Assembly: GCA_036265325.1 (NCBI GenBank)
Contig: DATAPH010000029.1
Location: forward strand, 41,347-105,346
Direction of reading: 5' to 3'
DNA length: 64,000 nucleotides
From: Actinomycetota bacterium
GTDB taxonomy: Bacteria; Actinomycetota; UBA4738; HRBIN12
The position numbers and the translations under genes were made by a program. Each line of letters starts with the position of its first letter. Position 1 is the stretch's first letter. This document shows, one piece after another, positions 56,748 to 64,000 of this stretch. Below the pieces are notes generated by a model. That model had not been told where the DNA came from and ran no database searches. It was given only the letters and a program-made list of their open reading frames with translations.

Positions 56748-57755
56748 TCAGACCGTCCAGGTGTCGCCGCCGGTGAGCAGCGCCTCGAGGTCGCCGTCGC
56801 CCGAGCGCTCCCGCGCCCGCGCGATCTGGTCGTGCACGGCCTCGCCGTAGGTCGCGCGCTGCACCTCGCGGAACACCCCGATGCACGTCGGCTCCGTCGG
56901 CCCTTGCGACAGGTGCGCGAGGGTGAACGCCAAGGACGGCGGTCCGTGCACGTCGTGCGTGATGATCTGCGCGGGGTCCGTGTCGGCCACCGCTGCGATC
57001 TCGAGCCGGCCGTTCGCCGCCAGTCGCACGCACCTGGTGCCACCGTCAAAGACGATGGGCTCACCGTGCACGAGCCGGATCTGGTTGTGCGGCCCCTCGG
57101 TCTTGTCGCGAAGCAGGTCGAACGCACCGTCGTTGAACACGTTGCAGTTCTGATAGATCTCGACGAACGCCGCACCGGGATGCTCCGCTGCCTGACGAAG
57201 TACGTCGGTCAGGTGCTTCCGGTCGTTGTCGATGGTGCGCGCGACGAACGTCGCCGCGGCGCCGAGCGCGAGCGCCACGGGGTCGAACGGCCGGTCCACC
57301 GAGCCGAACGGCGTCGACTTGGTGACCTTCCCGACCTCGGAGGTCGGCGAGTATTGGCCCTTGGTGAGCCCGTAGATCTGGTTGTAGAACATCAGGATCT
57401 TCAGGTTGACGTTGCGGCGGAGCGCGTGGATCAGGTGGTTGCCGCCGATCGACAGCGCATCGCCGTCGCCGGTGACCACCCAGACGGTGAGATCCGGGTT
57501 CGCCGTCGCGACCCCGGTCGCCAGCGCCGGCGCGCGACCGTGGATCCCGTGGAAGCCGTACGTGTCCATGTAATAGGTGAACCGGCCGCTGCAGCCGATC
57601 CCCGAGATGAACACCGTGTTCTCCGGCGCCACGCCGAGCTCCGGCATGAACGACTGGACGGCGGCCAAGATCGCGTAGTCCCCGCACCCCGGGCACCACC
57701 GCGGCTCCTGGTCGGAGGTGAAGTCCTTCTTGCTGCGCTCGAGCGTGTCAGCCAC
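56748..57755 (-). CDS. korB: 2-oxoacid:ferredoxin oxidoreductase beta subunit (TPP-binding), start moved to GTG 57755
   Basis: WCPGCGDYAIL...GIGCS...GDGD. GAGGAGG lies 7 nt upstream of GTG 57755. Confidence 0.88.
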   Translation of the reverse strand: MADTLERSKKDFTSDQEPRWCPGCGDYAILAAVQSFMPELGVAPENTVFISGIGCSGRFTYYMDTYGFHGIHGRAPALATGVATANPDLTVWVVTGDGDALSIGGNHLIHALRRNVNLKILMFYNQIYGLTKGQYSPTSEVGKVTKSTPFGSVDRPFDPVALALGAAATFVARTIDNDRKHLTDVLRQAAEHPGAAFVEIYQNCNVFNDGAFDLLRDKTEGPHNQIRLVHGEPIVFDGGTRCVRLAANGRLEIAAVADTDPAQIITHDVHGPPSLAFTLAHLSQGPTEPTCIGVFREVQRATYGEAVHDQIARARERSGDGDLEALLTGGDTWTV

Positions 57756-59583
57756 GGAGCGCCTCCTCGATCGCATCGTCGAGCTCGTCTGCCCACAACG
57801 GCCGGCCCTGGACGCGGGAGAACGACCGCGCGTCGACGAGGAACCTGCCGCGGATCAACAACGCGAGCTGGCCCTCGTTGATCTCGGGGATCAGCACGCG
57901 CGGATAGCGGCGCAGGACGTCACCGGTGTTGGACGGCAGCGGATTGAGCCACCGCAGGTGGGCATGGGCGACCTTCTCACCGTCGTCGCGCGCGCGGCGG
58001 ACGGCGGCACGGATCGAGCCGGCCGTCGAGCCCCATCCGAGCACGAGTAGCTCGGCGTCACCGGTCGCGTCGTCGACCTCGAGCTTCGGCAACGACGCGG
58101 CGATCCCGGCCACCTTCTCGCGTCGCAGGTCGGTCATCCGCTCATGGTTCTCGGCGTCGTAGCTGATGGAGCCCGTCACGTTCTCGCGCTCGAGACCGCC
58201 GATCCGGTGCTGCAGGCCGGGCGTCCCCGGGATCGCCCACGGCCGGGCGAGGTCGTCGTTCCGCGCGTACGGGTGGAACCCCGCGCCATTCGGCTGCGCG
58301 AAGTGCGGGTCGATGCCTTCGATGGCCGACACATCGGGCAGCCGCCAGGGCTCCGAGGAATTCTGCAGGAACGAATCCGACAACACGATGACCGGCGTGC
58401 GATACCGGATCGCGACGCGAGCGGCATCGATCGCGACCTCGAAGCAGTCGGAGGGCGAGGACGCCGACACGATCGGGATCGGCGACTCGCCGTGGCGCCC
58501 GAACATCGCGGCGAGCAGGTCGCCCTGCTCGGTCTTGGTTGGCATGCCGGTGGAGGGCCCCGCGCGCTGGACGTCGACGATCAGCATGGGCAGTTCGGTG
58601 ATCACCGCGAGCCCGATCGTCTCTTCCTTGAGGTCCAAACCGGGGCCGCTCGTCCCCGTGACGGCGAGTTGGCCCGTGAACGCGGCGCCGAGCGCCATGT
58701 TGGCCGCCGCGATCTCGTCCTCGGCCTGCACCGTGATGACGCCGAAGTGCTTGTGTCGCGACAGCTCGTGCAGCAGGTCGGAAGCCGGGGTGATCGGATA
58801 GCTCGCGTAGAACAACGGCAGGCCCGACGCGCGCGAGGCCGCGATCAGGCCCCACGCGAGCGCCTGCGCGCCCGCGACGTTGCGGTAGGTGCCGGGCTCC
58901 GCGGGCGCCGCCTTGACCTCGACGCGGTGCGCGAAGAGCTCCGTCGTCTCCCCGAAGTTGTAGCCCGCGTTGAACGCGGCGACGTTCGCGTCGAGGATCT
59001 CGGGCTTCCCGCCGAACTTCCGCTCGAGCCACTCCAGCGTCGGGGCGGTGGGCCGGTCGTACATCCAGGACACGAGCCCGAGCGCGAACATGTTCTTCGC
59101 CCGCTCGGCCTCCTTCTTGCCCACGCCCACCGGCTCGACCGCCCGCACGGTGATCGACGTCATCGGCACGGAGTAGACCTGATATCCGTCGAGGGTCCCG
59201 TCGGCGCGAGGGTCGGTCTCGTACCCCGCTTTGTCGAGGTTCCGCTTCTGGAACGCGTCCTCGTTGAGGATGAGCGTGCCGCCCCGGATGACCGTGGAGA
59301 GATCCGCCTTGAGCGCGGCGGGGTTCATCGCGACCAGCACGTCGGCGTGATCGCCGGGCGTGGTCACGTCCGTCGACGCGAACTGGATCTGGAACGCGGA
59401 AACGCCGTGGACCGTACCCGCGGGCGCCCGGATCTCCGCCGGGAAGTCCGGCAGGGTCGCCAGGTCGTTGCCCAGCAGGGCGGTGGCATTCGTGAACCGG
59501 TCCCCCGTGAGCTGCATCCCGTCGCCGGAATCGCCGGCGAACCGGACGACGACTCGCTCTCGTTCTTCGACGGTGATGCTCAT
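57748..59583 (-). CDS. korA: 2-oxoacid:ferredoxin oxidoreductase alpha subunit
   Basis: 611 aa; FAGDSGDGMQLTG...; pyruvate-flavodoxin/ferredoxin oxidoreductase domains. Confidence 0.88.
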   Translation of the reverse strand: MSITVEERERVVVRFAGDSGDGMQLTGDRFTNATALLGNDLATLPDFPAEIRAPAGTVHGVSAFQIQFASTDVTTPGDHADVLVAMNPAALKADLSTVIRGGTLILNEDAFQKRNLDKAGYETDPRADGTLDGYQVYSVPMTSITVRAVEPVGVGKKEAERAKNMFALGLVSWMYDRPTAPTLEWLERKFGGKPEILDANVAAFNAGYNFGETTELFAHRVEVKAAPAEPGTYRNVAGAQALAWGLIAASRASGLPLFYASYPITPASDLLHELSRHKHFGVITVQAEDEIAAANMALGAAFTGQLAVTGTSGPGLDLKEETIGLAVITELPMLIVDVQRAGPSTGMPTKTEQGDLLAAMFGRHGESPIPIVSASSPSDCFEVAIDAARVAIRYRTPVIVLSDSFLQNSSEPWRLPDVSAIEGIDPHFAQPNGAGFHPYARNDDLARPWAIPGTPGLQHRIGGLERENVTGSISYDAENHERMTDLRREKVAGIAASLPKLEVDDATGDAELLVLGWGSTAGSIRAAVRRARDDGEKVAHAHLRWLNPLPSNTGDVLRRYPRVLIPEINEGQLALLIRGRFLVDARSFSRVQGRPLWADELDDAIEEALRG

Positions 59584-59686
59584 CGGGCGGTGCGGGTCAG
59601 CTCCTCACATCGGGGGTCGGGGCCGTCGAAACACAGCGTACTGCCGCCCCGGGCCGAACGACCGCAACTGTGCTTGTATCCACGAC

Positions 59687-60604
59687 ATGCGAACACGACG
59701 GCTCGGTGCGAATGGTCCGGAGATCTCGGTGATCGGCCTCGGTGCCTGGGAGGCCGGCGGCGACGCCTGGGGCGCGAACCCGGCCGACGACGACGTCGTC
59801 CGCGCCTTCCACGCAGCGTTCGATGCGGGGATCACCTGGGTCGACACCGCCGAGGTCTACGGCTCCGGTGAATCGGAGCGTCTGGTCGGCAAGGCGCTCG
59901 ACGGCCGCCGCGACGATGTCGTCGCGGCCTCCAAGGTGGCGCCCGCCCCCGAGGGATCCGGATTCCGGCCCGAGGCGGTCAAGGCCGCGTGCGATGCGTC
60001 CCTCGGACGCCTCGGGATCGATGCCCTGGACCTCTATCAGCTGCATTGGCCGGATGAGACCGGCGTGCCCATCGAGGACACCTGGGGCGCGATGGCGGAG
60101 CTCGTGTCCGCCGGCAAGACGAAGGCGATCGGCGTCTCGAACTTCGACCAGGACCTGCTCGAGCGGTGTCTGCCGATCCACCACGTCGACTCGCTCCAGC
60201 AGGAGTTCTCGATGCTGGCGCTCGACGACCGTGCATTGATCCGCTGGTGCGGCGAGAACGGCATCGGCGTCGTCACGTACTCGCCGCTCGGTGTCGGGTT
60301 CCTGACGGGACGGTACACGCGAGCCGACGCCGAGAAGATCGACGACTGGCGAAGCGGCAACGAATGGACCACGCCCGAGCAGCTCGACGAGACGTTCCGG
60401 GTGGTCGACGGCCTTCGACCGATCGCCGAGCACGCCGGCATGTCGATGGGCGAGCTCGCGCTCGCGTGGAACATCGCGCAGCCCGGCGTCACGGCCGCGA
60501 TCGCCGGCAGCCGAAGCGGCGAACACCTCCGTGCGAACGCCTCGGCGGGCGATCGGAGGCTCGAGCCTGAGGTGCTTGACGAGATCGAGGCGTTGCTCGG
60601 CTAG
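59687..60604 (+). CDS. Aldo/keto reductase
   Basis: MRTRRLGANGPEISVIGLGAW...DTAEVYG..SE...LYQLHWPD. Confidence 0.85.
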   Translation: MRTRRLGANGPEISVIGLGAWEAGGDAWGANPADDDVVRAFHAAFDAGITWVDTAEVYGSGESERLVGKALDGRRDDVVAASKVAPAPEGSGFRPEAVKAACDASLGRLGIDALDLYQLHWPDETGVPIEDTWGAMAELVSAGKTKAIGVSNFDQDLLERCLPIHHVDSLQQEFSMLALDDRALIRWCGENGIGVVTYSPLGVGFLTGRYTRADAEKIDDWRSGNEWTTPEQLDETFRVVDGLRPIAEHAGMSMGELALAWNIAQPGVTAAIAGSRSGEHLRANASAGDRRLEPEVLDEIEALLG

Positions 60605-61110
60605 TCGCGGAGGTCGCCGCCATCGCGCTGGACCTCACGCATCCGGCGGACGATCCCATCCAGGAGCTTGAGCGTCAGGCTCGGCTCTTCCCGGAGCAGA
60701 TCGCGCAGCGTGTGCCGGAACAGGCGGAGCACGCGCATCGGAGTCTCGGCCATCACGGTCGCCGACCTCGGACCACCATCGAGCGTCGAGAGCTCGCCGA
60801 AGAAGTCGCCGGGCAGAACCTCGCCCACCTTGCGGCCGCGTCTCGTCACCTTGCCGCGCCCGTTCAAGACGACGAACAGCGTCTCGCCGAGCATGCCTTC
60901 CTCGACGATCGGCTCGCGGGGCTCGAACGAGAGCTCGTCGCTCTGGCTCGCGAGCCGCTTGAGGTGCTTGGCGGAGAACCCGGCGAACAGCGGGACCGCC
61001 GCGAGCGACTGCGCGTTCTGGCGCACCGTCCGCCGGGGCAGCTGCTCGGGCAGGGGGGTCCCGAGCCGTCCGCCTCCGCGGCCGAGCATGTCCGCCGCTC
61101 CCTGACTCAT
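60601..61110 (-). CDS. Stand-alone cyclic-nucleotide-binding domain protein
   Basis: [14 protein letters not shown]...[19 protein letters not shown]. Confidence 0.75.
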   Translation of the reverse strand: MSQGAADMLGRGGGRLGTPLPEQLPRRTVRQNAQSLAAVPLFAGFSAKHLKRLASQSDELSFEPREPIVEEGMLGETLFVVLNGRGKVTRRGRKVGEVLPGDFFGELSTLDGGPRSATVMAETPMRVLRLFRHTLRDLLREEPSLTLKLLDGIVRRMREVQRDGGDLRD

Positions 61111-61220
61111 CCCGCGAAGCCTACCCCGGGGCGATGGCGGCGTGCCAAGCGGCTCGCGTCGCGGCGCATCCCGCTCGATGGATCCGGCAACGGCCGAACC
61201 CTCCGGTAGTCTCGACTGAC

Positions 61221-64000
61221 ATGGTGGTCGACGTCCGTAACAGGCTCGAACAGCTCCTCGCCGAGCGCATCGTGGTGCTCGACGGGTCCTGGGGCGTGCT
61301 GCTGCAAGGCTGGGGCCTCGACGAGGCGGACTTCCGGGGGAACCGGTTCGCCGATCACGCCAAAGACGTGAAGGGCGACCCCGACCTGCTCAACCTCACC
61401 CGGCCGGACATCGTCGCGTCGGTCCACGACGCCTACTTCGAAGCCGGCGCCGACATCACCACCACCAACACCTTCACCGCGACCTCGATCGGTCAGGGCG
61501 ACTACGGGCTGCAGGATGCCGTGCGCGACATGAACCTCGAGGGCGCCCGGCTGGCCCGCGCGAGCGCAGATCGCCATGGCGGCCTCGTCGCCGGGTCGGT
61601 CGGACCGCTGAACGTGACGCTGAGCCTCTCCCCCAAGGTCGACGACCCAGCGTTCCGGACCGTCAGCTTCGACCAGGTCTACGAGTCCTACGCCGAGCAG
61701 ATCGCGGCGCTGCGAGACGGCGGCGCCGACCTCCTGCTCATCGAGACGATCTTCGACACGCTGAACGCGAAGGCGGCGGTCGCAGCCGCGCTGGACGTCG
61801 CGCCCGAGCTGCCACGGTGGATCTCCGTGACGATCGTGGACAAGAGCGGGCGCACGCTATCCGGGCAAACCGTCGAGGCGTTCTGGACCTCGGTCGAGCA
61901 CGCCGACCCGGCGATCGTCGGCGTCAACTGCTCGCTCGGCGCGCGCGAGATGCGGCCGTCGGTCGAGGCGCTTGCCCGCGTCGCGCCCGTCCCGGTCGCG
62001 AGCTACCCCAACGCAGGATTGCCGAACGCCTTCGGCGGGTTCGACGAGACGCCCGAGATCACCAGCACGCTCCTGGGCGAGTTCGCGCATGCCGGCTTGG
62101 TCAACCTCGTCGGCGGGTGCTGCGGCACCACGCCCGAACACATCAAGATGATCACCGACGCGGTGCGCGACGTTCCGCCTCGCGAGCTGCCCGCGGCGTC
62201 GACCGTCACCTCGTTCTCAGGGCTCGAACCGTTCCGGATCACGCCGGAGACCGGATTCGTGATGGTCGGCGAGCGCACGAACATCACCGGCTCGAAGATC
62301 TTCGCCCGGCTGATCGAGTCGGGCGACTTCGCGGCGGCCGTCGATGTCGCACGGCAGCAGGTCGAGAACGGCGCGAACCTGATCGACGTCAACATGGACG
62401 CCGACCTGATCGACGGCGAGGCGACGATGACGCGGTTCCTGAACCTCGTCGCGACCGAGCCTGAGATCGCCAAGGTCCCGGTGATGATCGACTCGTCGAA
62501 GTGGTCGGTCCTCGAGGCTGGCCTGCGCTGCATCCAGGGCAAGGGCGTCGTCAACTCGATCAGCCTCAAGGAAGGCGAGGACGACTTCCTCGCGAAGGCG
62601 GCGACGATCCGACGCTACGGCGCGGCCGCGGTCGTGATGTGTTTCGATGAGAAGGGGCAGGCGGACACCGTCGAGCGCAAGGTGAAGATAGCCGAACGCT
62701 CGTACCGGTTGCTGATCGACCGCGCCGGGTTCGACCCGACCGATGTGATCGTCGACCCGAACATCCTCGCCGTCGCGACCGGCATCGAAGAGCACAACGA
62801 GTATGCGAAAGCATTCATCGACGCGACGCGCGAGATCAAACGACACTGCCCCGGCGCCAAGGTGTCCGGCGGCGTGTCCAACCTGAGCTTCTCGTTCCGG
62901 GGCAACGACACGGTGCGTCGCGCGATGCACTCCGCGTTCCTGTACCACGCGATCGCCGCCGGCTTGGACATGGCCATCGTCAACGCCGGTCAGCTCGACG
63001 TCTACGAAGACATCGAGCCGGTGCTCCTCGAGCACGTCGAAGACGTCATCTTCAACCGGCGCTCCGACGCGACCGAGCGGATGGTGACGTTCGCCGAGAC
63101 GGTCAAGGGCGAGGGCGCGAAGACCAGAGAGGAAGACCTCTCCTGGCGCGACGCGCCCGTCGAGGACCGGCTCTCATACGCGCTCGTGCACGGGATCGAC
63201 CGATGGATCGTCGAGGACACAGAGGAGGCGCGGGCGAAAGCGGAGCGACCGCTCGACGTGATCGAGGGTCCGTTGATGGACGGCATGTCGATCGTCGGCG
63301 ATCTGTTCGGCGCGGGCAAGATGTTCCTGCCGCAGGTCGTCAAGAGCGCGCGCGCGATGAAGAAGGCCGTCGCCCACCTCGAGCCGTACATGGAGGCCGA
63401 GAAGGCGGGCGGGGCGAACCAGGGCACCGTTGTGCTCTGCACCGTCAAGGGTGACGTCCACGACATCGGCAAGAACATCGTTGGGGTCGTGTTGGGCTGC
63501 AACAACTATCAGGTTATCGACCTGGGGGTGATGGTGCCGGCCGAGACCCTGCTCGACACGGCGGCCGAAGCCGGGGCGAGCCTCATCGGCTGCTCGGGGC
63601 TGATCACGCCATCGCTGGACGAGATGGTCGTCGTCGCCAAGGAGATGCAGCGCCGTGGGCTCGACACGCCGTTGCTGATCGGCGGCGCGACGACCTCACG
63701 CCAGCACACGGCGGTTCGGATCGCGCCCGCGTACGACCAGCCGGTGGTGCATGTCGTCGATGCCTCGCGCGTCGTCGGCGTCGCCTCGAACCTCCTCGAC
63801 GAGAAACGTAAGCCCGGGTTCGACGAGCAGAACCGAGAGCTGCAGGCGAAGCTTCGGGCTCAGCACGAGGAGCGGCAGCGCACGCCGCTGCTCCCCTTGC
63901 GGATCGCCGCCGAGCGTCGGACCCCGATCACGTGGCGCGACGACGACGTCCCGGCCGCGCCGTTCACCGGGGCGCGCGTCGTCGAGCCAACGATCGCGGA
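61221..64000 (+). CDS. metH: Cobalamin-dependent methionine synthase, 3'-truncated by the window edge. It is absent from the ORF track because no stop is reached.
   Basis: The frame stays open from ATG 61221 to base 64000. Hcy-binding domain ([18 protein letters not shown]), a pterin-binding domain, and the B12-binding DxHxxG motif ([11 protein letters not shown]) near 63450. Confidence 0.92.
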   Translation, partial: MVVDVRNRLEQLLAERIVVLDGSWGVLLQGWGLDEADFRGNRFADHAKDVKGDPDLLNLTRPDIVASVHDAYFEAGADITTTNTFTATSIGQGDYGLQDAVRDMNLEGARLARASADRHGGLVAGSVGPLNVTLSLSPKVDDPAFRTVSFDQVYESYAEQIAALRDGGADLLLIETIFDTLNAKAAVAAALDVAPELPRWISVTIVDKSGRTLSGQTVEAFWTSVEHADPAIVGVNCSLGAREMRPSVEALARVAPVPVASYPNAGLPNAFGGFDETPEITSTLLGEFAHAGLVNLVGGCCGTTPEHIKMITDAVRDVPPRELPAASTVTSFSGLEPFRITPETGFVMVGERTNITGSKIFARLIESGDFAAAVDVARQQVENGANLIDVNMDADLIDGEATMTRFLNLVATEPEIAKVPVMIDSSKWSVLEAGLRCIQGKGVVNSISLKEGEDDFLAKAATIRRYGAAAVVMCFDEKGQADTVERKVKIAERSYRLLIDRAGFDPTDVIVDPNILAVATGIEEHNEYAKAFIDATREIKRHCPGAKVSGGVSNLSFSFRGNDTVRRAMHSAFLYHAIAAGLDMAIVNAGQLDVYEDIEPVLLEHVEDVIFNRRSDATERMVTFAETVKGEGAKTREEDLSWRDAPVEDRLSYALVHGIDRWIVEDTEEARAKAERPLDVIEGPLMDGMSIVGDLFGAGKMFLPQVVKSARAMKKAVAHLEPYMEAEKAGGANQGTVVLCTVKGDVHDIGKNIVGVVLGCNNYQVIDLGVMVPAETLLDTAAEAGASLIGCSGLITPSLDEMVVVAKEMQRRGLDTPLLIGGATTSRQHTAVRIAPAYDQPVVHVVDASRVVGVASNLLDEKRKPGFDEQNRELQAKLRAQHEERQRTPLLPLRIAAERRTPITWRDDDVPAAPFTGARVVEPTIA

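Noticed and set aside
61111-61220. SAM-riboswitch-like fragments (GTGCCAAGCG, CCGGCAAC, CCCTCC) upstream of metH, reminiscent of SAM-IV/SAM-I core strings
   Set aside because: Only about 20 nt remain between CCCTCC and the ATG. The 3' half of such an aptamer (P4 and the pseudoknot) cannot fit, and I could not draw a P1 helix. This is likely coincidental GC-rich similarity. A covariance-model scan with Rfam SAM models would settle it.

Overview
Very GC-rich, gene-dense chromosomal window. Third codon positions are almost all G/C, and long antisense shadow ORFs occur everywhere. The gene content fits Actinomycetota: WhiB, DUF3040, a PASTA Ser/Thr kinase, F420-type enzymes, a PimB-like GT4 and TCGAAC-N4-GTTCGA LexA boxes. 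I support about 65 protein-coding genes. Many starts were moved relative to the ORF track, using RBS positions, 4-nt ATGA/GTGA overlaps and neighbouring gene ends. I found no rRNA, no foldable tRNA, no CRISPR array and no IS or transposase.

Main blocks:
- (a) 2.2-7.5 kb: a LexA-box-controlled DnaE2/DinB operon.
- (b) 10.5-12.8 kb: a UDP-sulfoquinovose synthase homolog plus a membrane-anchored GT2.
- (c) 22.7-28.0 kb: an NAD-type formate dehydrogenase operon. Its catalytic subunit carries an in-frame UGA (selenocysteine) with a SECIS hairpin. Its Fe-S module is encoded separately, downstream of the NuoE/F-like gene.
- (d) 30.8-39.0 kb, plus ygfZ and metH further on: a large folate/C1 cluster with fdhD, fhs, the two formiminotransferase-cyclodeaminase halves, two GcvT-like paralogs and 5-formyl-THF cyclo-ligase.
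- (e) 45.9-50.3 kb: heptose-phosphate genes next to a five-repeat Calx-beta secreted protein.
- (f) 50.5 kb: a second LexA box in front of a DEDDh-exonuclease/GIY-YIG fusion.
- (g) korAB, thiolase, aquaporin, cysteine desulfurase and a partial metH.

The strongest signals are the Sec recoding site and the split, permuted FDH alpha subunit. All functions come from motif recognition by eye; no searches were run.
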